NCBI GenBank assembly: GCA_053919585.1
Contig: CM132790.1
Strand: one strand, 5' to 3'
DNA: 64,000 nucleotides
DNA from: Euprymna scolopes
Taxonomy: Eukaryota
Shown piece after piece: positions 12,260 to 26,725 of this stretch. Positions within the stretch are counted from its first letter, which is position 1. Each line of letters opens with the position of its first letter. The notes beneath the pieces were generated by a model, which was not told the origin of the DNA, did no database searches, and saw only the letters and a program-made list of their open reading frames with translations. A program made the position numbers and the translations under genes.

Positions 12260-15200
12260 CAGTCACTTTTAATCCCAACATTACCACAATTTGCATCTTT
12301 CTCTTTTCTTTGTACTGAACGGATTCAGGATTCAAATAAGAGTGGTCCTTCTGTGAATCCTGCTTTGTCAACTTTGCAGAACCAACGGATTGTTGTTCAG
12401 TCCCCCACCACCCAACGGTGATCTGATGATCACATAAATAACAACCCCGACGGTCTTTTTAGTCTAGCATTCCTTTGAGTACTCCCTCCTTTGATCACTC
12501 GTCTGGAGAAGCGTTATTTGGCGCAGACACGTCTTCTTCAGAGGAATCGTCACGTGTCTCGTTAATGGTAATCAACCTCGCACTTTGGGTTGCAAGCTCA
12601 CTGTCACTTTTGTCCTCTGTAGTATCCAGGCCTATGATGGGACACAAGTCCCTTACATGGCGGGGCATCCAGTCGACAAGAACGTTTTGTGGGATTTTCA
12701 CTTCTATGATGCATCCGTGCATATAATGGGTCATGCACCGTCCAATTGGGGTCTTCACCCAGACAGGATCGCCCACATTGTATCTATTCTGCTGCTGTTT
12801 GGGCTTGCCTGAAAAGGGTGCGTCGATGTACTTCAATCAAACACGGTAGTAATGAATCAGGTTATATGAGGCAGTCAGTGGTGACACATCGTCCTTACGG
12901 TTACTATTGTACCAATAGACTGTTTCCGCTATGGAACAATGTTTTCTTGCTACAATTCGCTTTACACTCTGATGACAGCGCTCTACAGTACCATTTCTGG
13001 AGGAGATGTATGTGCAACGAAAGTGCAGTTGAACTCCTCATTTGCCCAGAAAGTTTGTGAAAACCCTGCTGTGGAATGCCGTATCATTGTCGATGAGTAT
13101 TTCTACTGGCATGCCACGCTTGCAAAACCAGACTTCTAGGTGGTTGATAATGCTTGTTGCGTCCTGTCGTCTCAAATGACGCCAGATAGAGAACCTCATG
13201 GGCCTGCAATCAATGAGCAACAGATAGTGTTTGCCTTGGTAGTGGGTTACATCCATTCCCACTCGGAACCAGGTGTCATTAACCATTAATGTCTAATTTC
13301 CCTTTTGCTAATGTGTGGGTGGTGGGTCAATCGACTGGCATTTTTCGCAATTTCTTAACACAGCCCTAACTAATGCCTTGGGGATTGTGGGATCAACTTG
13401 TTTGACAAAGTATAACGTTCGTCTTATGCTGGGGTAGCCCCTTTGGTGATGGACAAACTTCATCTAGTCAAGGTTGTACTTACTTGGCGACACAGCTTTG
13501 GTGTGCATCCTAGCCTTCCGCGTGAGGGTGTCCGTGATCCATTTGTGCACACAGGCAGAATCAGTGTGAAGATGCTGCATGGTTGTTTCCGTCAATGCCA
13601 AGTTCACTCGAGCTCCACCAGATTTATATGCTTCATATCTCTTTCCTTTCGCAACTAGCTCGCATTCTACACGGCAGCTCCATTGTGCTCCAGTGATACT
13701 CCAGTTGCTAAAGAGCTTGCATGAACCCACACGTCTATCTCAGGACCATCCATACACCACTTTCCTCGTACAGGGTCTTTTTGGTGCATTCTTGCAGCAA
13801 TCTCTTCAATCATTGTTGTTAAAAGACCGTCAGTCGCCTTTTTGTCACATTCACAACTCTCCTTTTAATGAACGCTGCAGTCACCCTGAGTCACTTAACC
13901 ACTGGGAAGTGCTCAATAAATGAGAACACACTTCGTTAGGTAAGAACACAGGGTACGCTGGAGATCTCATTTCCTTATTCCCATACTAAACTGCTGCCCT
14001 TTTACGAACTGATAGACCAAGCAATCTCACATTGTTCTGCAGCTGCTCCGATTCCTTGCTCACAAATTCAAAATCAGCCAAATATTGTCTCACTTTGGTT
14101 GCAGAAACCATGTCCTTGTTGATAAACACATCGTCAATGCATGTTGTTGTTGCCTGCTGGATATCGTTCTTCCTCGAGACTGTAGCTTAAACAATAGCTC
14201 GCATGATGGGCCCAAAACCCATGCACGTCAGGCAATACCTCTTTCCTTTGAAGATCACTGTCTGGTACGGCAACAAGGATTTATGCACATGCAGATATGC
14301 CCTTCGAATGTCAAGTAACAAAAGATTGGAGCCTTTCCTTCTCCACTCTCTTAGCTTTTGTGCACAGACATCGGCATGCGCTGTGTAGGCCTCAACATAC
14401 TTATTCAGCTCACAAAAGTCCAGATAACAGACAACACACTATGCAACATACAAATATCTGTGCGTGAGGTCGCCAAGCTAATCAAGAACCTTGACTCCAG
14501 TAAAGCAACTGGTCCTGACGGCATTCCAATTATAGTGTTGAAAAAATTACAACCAGAACTTGCCCCCATACTTACCAAACTGTTTAAGCATTGCCTTAAG
14601 GAGAAGTGCTTCCCAACACCCTGGAAAACCTCATCAGTATGCCCTGTATTTAAGAATTCAGGAGATAAGTCATCCCCCTCTCAGTACAGACCAATAAGTC
14701 TCCTGTGTGTCAGTTTCTGGAATCCATAATAAATAGAGAAGTAGTCAACCATCTCAGCAGAAATAACTTTCTTAGAACTGCACGCCTGTGGAACTCTGTT
14801 CCGCTTGCCTGTTTCCCTCCCGACTTCAACCTGGATGTCTTCAAGTCCAACACAAACAAATTCCTGATGAACCTCCCCCTAAGTAATGACACCTTATCAA
14901 TTATCCAATACTATTGCTACACTATCCCATTGAGTACTGTGCACACAATAACCCTTATCCCCGAGTGGCCATTGGGCCTTGATAAGTGGTGAACTCCAAG
15001 CTCTTTCTCGGGATAGGGAAGTAGTCATCAGTTGTTCAATCCTGTTTCCAATTCACAACGGTGCTCCTGTCAAATTTGGTCGGACATCGGATACTCTGGT
15101 ACTTTGTTGGTAAGTCCATTGGATGGCTGATTTTTTGACCATTTCCACAATGCCGTCCAAGCTTTGGTCTGCTCATTGAACTCAGCATTGAAGTCTGGTT

Positions 15201-15720
15201 CCTCTAATATGATCGCAGCACAGGCACAAAGCTCCATTTTAGCAAAAATGGCATTGCCGAATCAGTTTATGCAAACTCCACCCAACATTTTGATCATGTC
15301 CATTCTGATTAACATATCGAAGGCCAACAGCGGTGTGTCCATAACCAGAATAAAAACTTTCATGGGACTTGGGTCTTCTATTGCCAATTTGATAGTCCCG
15401 ACACCCTTGCTGCGGAGGATTTCAGCATCAATTGTCAGGACCTCCAATGCTGACTGACTCCAGGCATCGCACACTGATCCAGTCATGAGAAACAGAACAT
15501 CCAGAATCTACCAGTGCCATGCGCTTCTTATCTTTAACAACTTCCATTATGAGGAGCACCCCTTTTAATTTTAATAGAGAGAGAGTGGCACTGACGTCTC
15601 ACCTCTGTTCCCATTTCCAAGACAGTCTCTTGCTAGGTGCGCTGTTTTGTTGCAAAACAGTGCACAGTTGATATATCCCTCTGATTAGTGGGACAGATTG
15701 TTGAACCAATGTTTCACTTG
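12260..15720 (-). mobile_element. Degenerate Ty3/Gypsy LTR retrotransposon (gag knuckle, protease, RT, integrase)
   Basis: ALVDSGCS protease motif at ~15500; RT remnants at 14000-14420; integrase GMDVTHY..EILIDNDTAF; polypurine tract GGGTGGTGGGGGA at ~12401-12413. Confidence 0.8.
14420..14998 (+). mobile_element. CR1 family A fragment nested in the Gypsy relic, internally deleted
   Basis: KATGPDGIP..QYRPISLL joined directly to LRTARLWN and the 3' UTR. Confidence 0.85.
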
Positions 15721-16085
15721 GTGCTTGTACCGCTAAGTGAAAGATTCTTAATATTTTGAGTTTTTCTTCAGATTTTTTTTTTTGTTCAAATCAAGATAAA
15801 TATTTAGTTTTCTTTATATAATAAACAAATGATAGCAAAGAAGTGTTTTCTTAAACGACGTTATTCTGCGATTTCATTCGCACAAGGTTTCAATACCATT
15901 TGGCGTTTTATGTAAACTGCCTGGACAATTATGATGATAGCAAGGTCCTTATTCTATTCTTATTCCAACTTTCATTCAATACAGAAAGAGGAGGACAAGA
16001 TAAAACTTTGCTTATGTTGTCAAGTGGTGCAATGTAGTTCGAAAACTTATGTTCGCTTCTCTTACGTTTTGTCTTTAGATAAATA

Positions 16086-16839
16086 CTAGCATGGGTGCCC
16101 GGAGGTGTGAGGCAGACTCAAAGCCATACCGCGAAGGAGGAAAAGAACGAGAAAAAAAACATAACGTCTTTGCTGTTATGACCACTGCCAAACTGGAAGT
16201 GACGAAAATATCGGTGAAAAAAGCGACCCCTCCCTGTAGAAAAGTGCCCAGTTGAGGGTGAAGAAAATGTTTTTAGCCAATTTTTCGGTATGTGTCATCT
16301 GAAGGGTCGAGCTTCAAAACGATAATGATCTTTTGAAAATCTGTTGAAGGTTTTAGGCAGACATGCAAACATACATTTATATATTGGTAGTTCAAATTTT
16401 CGACCCAAACCGATTAAAAAACTTGTCCTATCTCTGAATACCCTTTATGTAAAATTTCAAATGTTTAAACCAGAAATTGTCTGAGTAATTTGGTAGAGAC
16501 CACAGAGGTCAAATTTTTTTTTTTCACTTTGATCCCTATTATGACCCCTTAACATTTATTGTTTTGTGCTCAAATCAAGTTATTAAGTGAGATCCATGGA
16601 ACCTATATCTAAAATTTCAATTGTTTATGCCCAAAATTGGCGGAGGAATTTGGTAGAGTTTTCAAAGGTCAAATCGTTGAACTGACCTCTTAACAGCCAA
16701 ATTTCTGGCTGAAAACGGATTACAAAGATTTTCCCAAAACTCCATACCCTGTATATCAAATACCGAGTCTGTAAACTGAAAATTGACAGAGTTATTGTGT
16801 AGGGAAATGTACACAGACAGACACTTTCACTTTTATAGA
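16086..16839 (-). mobile_element. Non-autonomous Helitron (same family as 5132-5770)
   Basis: Reverse-complement similarity over ~450 bp; CTAG|T terminus at 16086. Confidence 0.7.
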
Positions 16840-16899
16840 TAGATAGATAGCACAAGTGGGACTTTTGCTCAGAAATAAAAGCAAACTGAATAAATATGT

Positions 16900-18950
16900 G
16901 AATATTTCTCTACCGCTCTCCCTCGACCCAGGACTGTACCCTAATAAACAAAGTCTCTGACAGCATAGATATAGTACACCCTTGATACTAGAGCACGAGT
17001 ACATATATTTGGTGACTTTAATGTCCACCACAGAAACTGGCTTAGATTCTCTACTTACAGATGTAGCTAGTAGCATAACACAGCTTCTCTATATCTCATT
17101 CCCTATCACAGACAGATTTCAGACACTTTTCCCAGACCAGCTAGATCAACATGCCTCACTTCTAGATCTATTTCTTATTACAGTTTCTGATGAGTGTATA
17201 ACGAATGCCCACAGCCCATTCGGGAATTCTGATCACGCTGTGATAATGGTAGAATTGCTCAAAGGCAATATGTGTACTGCAGATTAAACGGCATAAGTCC
17301 AGTATATAGAAGCTAGAAGTAATTATAAGGGAGAAATAGTGACAGCTAAGACAGAATACACTGAAACCACCAGAAAACGCATCGAAGCACAGAAATTAGG
17401 AACCCGTGATTTTTGGAAAATCTACAAGTGTAGTAAATAATGGGCAGTCAACAATTCCCCCACTACCAAACAATCATGAGGTTGCTTGCACGGCAACCGA
17501 GAAGGCTAACATGCTTGTCAATCGGTTTGTCTCAAACTCCACATTGGATCCGGCAAACCACTCCCTCCTTGACTTTCCTTTGAGGATAGACACCACACTA
17601 GATGATCTAAAAATCACCCCTTCTCAAGTACATGGTATCATAAAAAATCTAGACCTCTCAAAAGCATGTGGACCTGATCTCATCCCGGCTGTGCTATTAA
17701 AAAAATGCTCCGCTGAGATTGCACCAGTTCTCTCCAAACTTTACAAATGAATCTTAATGAATCTTGCTTTCCTGACTGCTGGAAAACTGCTTCTGTGGTA
17801 CCTATTTTCAAGAATTCTGGCGAAAGAACTGACCCATTAAATTATCGCCCCATTAGCCTCCTCCCGCTTTAAGAGTAAGTAAGAGAAAAGTCCAAGTTGT
17901 CTTCGACGGTCGTACGTTTAAACAATATGATATAAATGTGGGAGTACCTCAGGGGTCTATCCGTGGACCTTTATTATTCCTTATATTCATAAATGACCTC
18001 CCTGATAAAATTGTTTCTGAGATGGGTATATTTGCTGATGACACCACTCTCTATAACATGCCTGAAGGGAAAACAAATGAACACATATCTAAGGAAATGG
18101 CAGAAACACTAGAGGATGACCTCCAATCTGTAGTGGAATGGGGGAAAAAATGGATGGTTACATTCAATGTTGCCAAGACTAAGCTTGTTTCCTTCAATAA
18201 TTACAAAAAACCTTCTCTACCACCAATAGCAATGGCCAAAAACACATTACCTGAAAGTATGTCCTTTAAACTCCTCGGCCTAATGTTTCCAGGGAACATG
18301 AACTGGAATAGATACATTGAGAGCATTGCCAAGGCTGCTGCAAAGAAGGTGGGCTCTCTCTACCGTGCTAGAAAACTACTTACGCCTGAAAGTATCCTGT
18401 ACCTCTATAAGGCCACCATTCGCTCATGTATGCAGTACTGTTGTCTCATTTGGGCTGGTGCATCTGCTGCTTGTCTCACTCCTGGACAGGGTTTAAAAGA
18501 GTCGCCAACCTGATAGGTCCTGAATTGCCATCTAGGCTTTAGCCTCTGTCCCATCGACGAAATGTTGCATTCCTACAAGTACTTTAATGATGAATGCTCT
18601 GACGAACTACAAGCACTTCTATCCCCCCCTCGACGTAAATACCTCCGACAAACAGCTAAATCCCACCCCTTCACAGTAGACATCCCTAGGTGTAAGAAAG
18701 CCTTCTACTCCAATAATTTCTTCCCCAGAACTGATAGACTTTGGAACTCCCTTCCAGGATTCTGCTTTCCCAACTGTACTGACATGCAGAGGTTCAAGTG
18801 TAATGTGAACAAACATCTTGCTACTCATCTCTCTTCATAATGCACCTGAAACTTATGTCCCCGATAGTTGTCCCCAACTTCAAAGTGGCACTGTGCCTTG
18901 TTTGGGGTGAAAATCGAATAAAAAAAAAAAAAAAAAAATAAAATAAAAAA
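16900..18950 (+). mobile_element. CR1-clade LINE family B, degenerate
   Basis: GDFNVH endonuclease remnant, GVPQGS and FADD RT motifs, poly(A) tail at ~18920-18950. Confidence 0.9.
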
Positions 18951-19334
18951 AATGCACCATGTGCACGCACTGGCTATGATCCCCTCGCACCTTGTGTCAA
19001 GGCCATTTGTCTATCCAGTCAGTGTTGCAATGATGGAGTCCTCATACCAAACAAAACCAGAAGTTTAGTTTAGGAACAAACAATAGATACTCGTTATTTT
19101 TATTTACTTTACAAATAGTACCTATTTACTTCGGTAAATGAGACTTTCAGCATTGAATTTTTGCTTGGCTAGACCGAAACATGCCTCATTATAGAGTCTC
19201 TTGGCTGAGAGCCATTAAACCACCGACTCCAACTGCTTCAGTAGCTCTCACCAGAAACAACTGCTTCTCAAAAAGCAGTGATACTATCACCCCCCCCTCC
19301 CACACAAGTGTGAGGAATCAAAATAAAAAGGAAA

Positions 19335-20333
19335 TTTACATCAATGATCTCCCAAAACACATGCTTAAATCATTCGTTGATATCTATGCTGATGACACAA
19401 CCATCTATGGCAACAATGACAAAGTTCTCTGATTCTCTCTCCTCTGATCTCAAGTGCGTGGTACAGTGGGGGGAAGAGGTGGCTGTTTACTTTTAATGCA
19501 TCTAAAACCAAGCTTCTTTCTTTACATCATCAATGCTCTGATCCCCATCTGGCATCAATTGAAATGGATGGCCCCCGTCTTGGGGAGGCTCCATATTTTG
19601 ACAACTCCTGATCTGAAATGGAACACGTACATCAAGTCTGTTGCCAAGGTCGCTGGGAAAATGGTGGGATCCTTCTACCGCTCCAGTAGATATCTCACTA
19701 CTGATGCAATTCTCTATCTGATCTGTATAAAAGCCAAGTACGTCTAAGGATGGAGAACTGCTGCCACATCTGAGCTGGAGCTTCTAAAAACAGCCTATCC
19801 TGCCTTGACAGAGTACAAAATAGACTTCATAGCCTAGTGGGGGATGCCCTTTTCTCTTCCCTGCAACCTCTCTACCACAGAAGGGACGTTGCGAGCCTGT
19901 CGTCATTTTATCATTATTTCCATGGCAAGTGCTCGTCTGAGCCTCAATCTCTGCCCCCCCCCCTCGCCAATCTTTCACGAAAAACACCCATCTAGCTGAA
20001 ACCACTGTCAGTAATTTCCCCCACTCTTTATCTGTGCCTAAATCAAAACGTAAATTTCATGAACAAAGCTTCTTTCTTAGCAGTGCATGTCTGTAGAGCT
20101 CTGCTCCGTTTGCCTGTTTCCCACCTGACTACAACTTGGATGTCTTCAAATCCAACATAAACAAATTCCTGACAAACCGCCCCCTTAAGTAAGACACTTT
20201 ATCAGATCTCCATTACAAACGATTACTACAATATTGTCCCATTGATTACCGTACATGCAATAACCCTTATCCCCAAGTGGCCTCCGGGTCTTGATAAGTG
20301 GTGACTTCCATGTAGAAAAAAAAAAGAAAAAAA
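19335..20333 (+). mobile_element. CR1 family A 3' fragment
   Basis: YINDLP..YADDTT through 3' UTR and A-tail. Confidence 0.88.
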
Positions 20334-20357
20334 GTTTATCAGTAGAATAAAGCTACA

Positions 20358-20600
20358 GGAAGTTGTTCAAAGTGTTGCGTTTGGTCAATACTAAAATGGG
20401 TGACCATTTGGGACTGCCAGGTGCTGTATGTGCTCTTCGCTTATCGCATTGTTTGCAGTCAACCTAGACTTCTACTCGCAACTGGATTCAAGCAGTGCCG
20501 ATTCAGGTTGGTGATTGCACAACCCTTGCCTCAGAATTACATGCGCAGTTACTGTTACAGAGGATATTCATTGTCTTAAGACTGAATGGTGGCATTGATC
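20358..20600 (+). mobile_element. 5S rRNA-derived SINE (SINE3-like), 5'-truncated copy
   Basis: TGGTCAATACTAAAATGGGTGACCATTTGGGACTGCCAGGTGCTGTA resembles the 3' half of 5S rRNA; body shared with 44678-44940. Confidence 0.7.
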
Positions 20601-21569
20601 AATCGACATCGCATCGGTGGTGATCGAAACAAAGATAGTCAACAAGTTTAGAGTTAATTTATGGCCAATTTTGAGTGACAATAAGTTTTGTGATGGTTTA
20701 CATTATGTTAAAGTTTATGGACACTTTTGAGTTTGCAATGGTTGAGGAGAGTTGTGAGTTTATCACAGTTGTGGGTAGGTAGTCGGCTTAATCCAGATCA
20801 AGAGAGCTTTAGGAGAGTGAGATGAGCTGACATCATCTGACAAACAAATATAACAGAACCGCTAACTCTGGTTCAGCAGCAACAGCTGCCATATGCAAAT
20901 GATTGAGCCAATGTGTGCTGTGACGTCATAGCAGAAAAAAAAAAAAATGACACGTGTTCGAAGAAGCCGTGGTCAGAGAAGCACATGTTAGAGGCACGAG
21001 AGAGTGAATATTTCTTGGGTCATCTGACCCTGGCCACGCATGCAGCAATTGCACATCTGCCACGCACGTGCAGAACATGCTGCAACGTACAGGTTTACAC
21101 ATTAGGAATATTTTAAAGAAAAGAAAAACAAAAAAATAAACAAGTCAGTTCCGTTTAAAATGTTTAATGATGATGTGAATCTAAAACTGAAAGAATCTGA
21201 TACTCAACGTCTGATCTTTATTAGTAAAAGACCCCTCCATTCCCTCTGCTCATGGTACTTCACCCCACCTCCACCCCTCTCTCCATTTGTATATCCTGAC
21301 AATAGAATTTGAGTAATCGATGAGGAGATGGAATTGGTAACGCAAGAAATTTTAAGAGTTGAAAAATGTCACACCAAAGTCCCCACCACCCCACAAATCC
21401 CCAGAATGGTGAGGAGGTCATTTTACAGTCAACTGTTCTCAAAGCCACCCCCACCTCTCCATGTTTTCTTTGAAGAATTGACAGAAGTGGTCAAGTGTTC
21501 TGTAGTTACCATTATGGAGGAGAGAGAGAGAGGTAGGAGGAAGATGAAATGCTCCCCCTTTTGTTGTTT

Positions 21570-21758
<189 letters not shown>

Positions 21759-21759
21759 T

Positions 21760-22148
21760 CAACCTAAATTAAAAAAAATAAAGCAAAATCTGTATGATGC
21801 ACATACCCATGATAAATATATTCCAAAAATCATGTAAATTTATTAAATAGTTTTAATTTTGTAAAGAGAATCATTTTTAAACGATTAATGGAAATTTGTA
21901 GGCATTAGAACATAAATCTAATAAATATTAATTGATGTTATCTCCCTTTGTTGATTCAAAAAAAATGATGGACGAGACAGCCATTCTTTGAATACTCATA
22001 AAATTTGACTTTTTATTTAAAAATAAACTTATTGATCTGTTCATATGAATTTTGGAACATGTTATTTTCGTTTTATCACTTGTAGGTACATCATACAAAT
22101 TTGTTCTTTATTTTTGTTTTTTAATACGGGAGAATTTTAGACAAAGTA
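21760..22148. mobile_element. Fold-back MITE with long imperfect TIRs; related copies at 25078-25471, 27090-27500, 36350-36585, 45170-45570
   Basis: AATCTGTATGATG..ATATTCCAAAAATCA arm and its reverse complement recur in all copies. Confidence 0.65.
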
Positions 22149-22670
22149 TTTCATTTTAAACTTGATTTAGTAATAAATTCACAAGATTTTATGATGTAAT
22201 TCTAAAAAAAAAAAAAAAAAACAGCTACCAATGCAATACTTTAGGTTTTGAAAGAAAAAATGAAAATTTAATTTCTAATGTGAATGAAAAATTTTTTAAC
22301 AAAACATATCGGGGTCACACACAAAATTTGTTCACATCTAGTTAGCAGGGATATTGATGTGGATCACAGAACACTAATTAGGTGTAAGAAAGATATATTG
22401 GCGAAAGGTTACAAGGATAAGTGGAGCTTACTATCCGATGGTGTTTAATATGGACAGTCGTATGTGCTGCGTACTACTAGTACTCCTGCAGATTCTAAAG
22501 TATTACGAAACTGTTCTGTTCTCACACCATAATATAGTACCGGAAGAGACTATGATGCCAGCAAGTTTTGGTCTCACATCAGATATGAGTAGCTAGTTGA
22601 AAAACAAAAATCTGAAATCATGTTCCCATGAACATGGATGCGTATGTGTGAAAAGAAGGTCTCTCTCTCA

Positions 22671-22672
<2 letters not shown>

Positions 22673-22719
<47 letters not shown>
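22673..22719. repeat. (CA)n/(TG)n microsatellite
   Basis: Direct observation. Confidence 0.97.
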
Positions 22720-22724
<5 letters not shown>

Positions 22725-23676
22725 AAAAACACTTTACTCAAACAATTTTAATGAGTTTCAACCGAGAACTTGTATTTATAGTTCCAGCATTTACCCTGGA
22801 GCTATAGGTCTGGTTGCATCTAGTAAATTTATTGTATTTTGAACGAAAGCTGATCAGGCACAACTGTTCACTGTAGAAGCAGACAATCTTAGTTCCAGCG
22901 ATGAACTCCATAAATGCAAGGACCCAGAATCAGCTCTGCGCCTTGTTTCACTGTCCTGAGCCACATTTTTGGCTTCTGCATCATTTTTTTCTAACACTGA
23001 TCGATAGCTTATGTTACATGATAAGGGCTGTCCCCTGTTCATGTAAGTATAAAAATAGAGAGATTAGTTAAAATGAAAATAAGAGAAAGCAGAAATCGAA
23101 CCCTGGACATAAGTTTTAAAGAACAATAGGTTTAAATGGAATGTCCAGTAAATTGTTAATTCGGATGAAATAAATAATAAATAAACTATTCAATTGTTAA
23201 AAGAATGTGGATAATAAAATATGGGTTAAACAAATTAGATATGTAGGTTGAATTCCTTTGTGGAAACAACACAAGAAAAAATAGGTTATTGGGAAATCAA
23301 ATGTCGGAAACGTGCAAAGTCGCGCATGTTGAAACACGTGAATTTTGCTCATGGATTTCTCAATATAGGAAGTGAGAATTAGTTGGTCGGTGAGACGGTC
23401 AGTGAGAAAACTCAGAGACAGGCAGACGTCTGAAGCGAGACGTCACTTCAGAAACTAAAATGTGAAACTTTGAATTCTTGATGAGGAAACCACGACCGGT
23501 CGTGAAGAAATAAATTCATCATGTGTTTTGTGATAAAGCTCATCTTTGTGTTTGTGATTTCTACAAAAAAGGTAAATTGTATTGTTATTATATGTCTGTG
23601 TTATAAAATGTCATTACATACACGTTTCGACATCTCATATACACAATGTGAATCTACATCATATCTACACTAAGAC

Positions 23677-24555
23677 TTTTTTTTTTTTACATAGGCATCA
23701 CCACATTATCAAGGCCCAGAGGCCACTCAAGGATAAGGGTTAAAGAGTGTACAGTAGAAATTGGACAATATAGTAATTATTAGTAATGAAAATTTGGTAA
23801 ATTTGATAACTTATATGGAACGGCTCATCAAGAACTTATTTACTTTAGACTTGAAGACAACCATATTGTAGTCAGCCGGAAAGCAGGAAAACGGAAGATA
23901 ATTCCACAGGCGTGCAGTTCTAAGAAAGAAGCTTTGTTCATGGAATCTACGTTTAGGTTTAGGCACAGATAAAGAGTGGAGGGAATTATTGATAGTGTTT
24001 ACAGCTAGACGAGTATTTCTTGTGAAAGTTTGGCGAGGGGGAACCATAGATTGAAGCTCAGTCGAACACTTTCCATGAAAATAACGATACATCAGAGACA
24101 AACTCGCAACATCTCTTCTGTGAGATAGAGGTTGCAAGGAGGAGAAAAGGACATCTCTTACGAGGCTACAAAGTCTATTTTGAACTCTATCAAGGCAGGA
24201 CAAGTCCTTTCTAGCAGCTCCTGCCCAGATGTGGCAACAGTATTCCATCCTTGGATGTACCCGACTCTTATATAGATAGAGAATAGCATCAGCAGTGAGA
24301 TATCTACCGGATCGATAGAAAGATCCCACCATTTTCCCAGCGGCCTTGGCAACAGATTTGATGTACGTGTTCCATTTAAGATCAGGAGTAATGGTCAAGC
24401 CCAGAAGCTTGTCAAAACTTGAGGCCTCCAGAAGACGAGAGCCATTCATTTCAATTGATGCCAAATGTGGATTAGAATGTTGATGATGTAAGGAGAGAAG
24501 CTTGGTTTTAGATGTGTTAAAAGTAACCAGCCACTCCTTTCCCCATTGTAACACT
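23677..24555 (-). mobile_element. CR1 family A, young 5'-truncated copy
   Basis: 247-aa open frame nearly identical to the C-terminus of 59749-62643; same 3' UTR and A-tail. Confidence 0.95.
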
Positions 24556-25564
24556 ATCTCATCATTCTAAGAGCTTTCTTCATATCTACACGTTTAAGTA
24601 ATGAACATTTAAAATATAGGAATAGTTATAAACGAACAATCTCTCTTACAACAACATCTCTCTCTCTCTAAGATACAACATCATATGTAATAAGACAAGA
24701 ACTCTCACTAAGACTCATATCTTTACTAATAAGAACTCATGTAACATACGCGCACAAGTGGTATCGTCTAATACTAATAATAATAACAACTATATAACAC
24801 TTAGTGGATAAAGATGTCTGACAAGAATGAACAAATGCTTTCTGTTCTTGCTTTTAACTAAGAAAGCAAAAAATAAAAGAAAATAACCGAGTGCATGTGG
24901 GGAGGAGGAGTCACAGAAAATAATTTTTTGAAAACTTATGCTCCCATCATGAATTGTTTGTGGTCTTAAGCTTCATAGCAAAATTAACATTTTCAGTTGT
25001 CAGAAAGAATTACCATAAGGAAAAAAATAAAAAGATTTGCTTATAAAAAAAAAAATTAAAAAAATAAATAAAAAATGGTGGTTGTCCAGAATTTCCCCAA
25101 ACTTCAAAACAAAACAAAAGATAGAAAAATCTGTATGTACATACCTGTACCAAAACGAAATATCATATTCCAAAAGTCACTTAAACTGATCAAGTAGTTT
25201 TTTTTTTATAAAGAAAATAATTTAAAGTGATTAATAGGAAATTGTAGGCAGTACAAGGCTGATTTTGTAAGTTTGAATCATTTCTTGAAATTATTTTCAA
25301 GATGGTGATGCAAGATAGTTCCTCCTTGTTTACTCATAAAATTTGATTTTCTTAGTAAAAAAAATTAAATTACTTGATAAATCTATGTGATTTTTGGCAT
25401 GATATTTTTGGTCCATTACGGATACGTACAACATAGATTTTTTTTAATATGGGGGAATTTAGACAAGAACCTAGAATTTGATTCAAATAACTAATAGTTT
25501 GGCTTGATTATTTTGTTTTACAGCATATTAACCTTTTTTTCCATTTATTTGATGTTGAATCCAG

Positions 25565-26085
25565 TAATTTTAGAAAAAAGTTTGGTACTTGTACAGTTTA
25601 GTCAAGACATTAAAAAAAAGAAAATATCAAAAAAAGTTTCAATTGTATGTATCCGTTATGGGCGACGTTCTCTGAAAAAAATTTCACTTAATTTCATCAA
25701 GTAGTGATTTTTTTTTTTTTACAGTGAAAAAAATTTGTTATGATACTGAGCAAAATGTTCGATTTTTAGGAAGAAAAGCTAGTATTTAGAGATGGGGAGG
25801 GGGTGTCAGCACTTTAACTGGAGTTATCTCCCTTTGTCATAAAATTCAAACAAATTATTTTTAAAAATCCAATATGGCCGCCTCCAACGCGCGCTCATAA
25901 AAACATGTTTTTCCGCTGTAAAAAAAAAAAAAAAACAAAAAAATGAAATTGATGAAATTAAGTGAATTTATTTTTCAGAGAACTTCATTCCATAACGGAT
26001 ACATACAATTTAAACTTTTTTCGATATTTTCATTTTTTAATGTCTTGACTAAACTGTACAAGTACCAAAAGTTTTTATTCTACAA
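25565..26085. mobile_element. Large fold-back MITE (~200-bp arms)
   Basis: TTTGGTACTTGTACAGTTTAGTCAAGACATTAAAAAA / TTTTTTAATGTCTTGACTAAACTGTACAAGTACCAAA and further paired blocks. Confidence 0.85.
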
Positions 26086-26554
26086 GTTTTTTTTATATCT
26101 TCAAATATTTTTAAACCATAGTGTTTGGTTTCATTGTTTTATGGAAGAAAATTGTTGTCGAAGAACATGACTAAGTTTTGCAAAGGAGAAGAAAAAAAAA
26201 ACAATAGCATCAATGTTTGGTACATTTTTTGGTTAGGAAGCCAGTACCTACAGAGACAGCCAAATTTGGTAGCATTGGATGGCCAAAGTGGACATTGGAG
26301 CAATAGTAAATAAGGGACAAGTTCAAATGGAGCCTCATCACTGGATGTCTATTAAGATCATATCGACTGAATGCCATAAGAAGGCAAAACTTTAAATATT
26401 ATGTCTATATATGGTAACAAGTTTGCATAAAAATTACAATTACAAAAAAAATCATAGATTCAATTCACAAACTTAAATTCTTGACAAAATCGAAGGCTTT
26501 TTTATGTTCTTACGTTTAAGTTCACCAAAATTAAAAAAATGAAAAATATAATTA

Positions 26555-26725
<171 letters not shown>

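Noticed and set aside
26250-26345. Intronic C/D snoRNA (GTGATGA on - strand)
   Set aside because: No properly placed CTGA D box or terminal stem.
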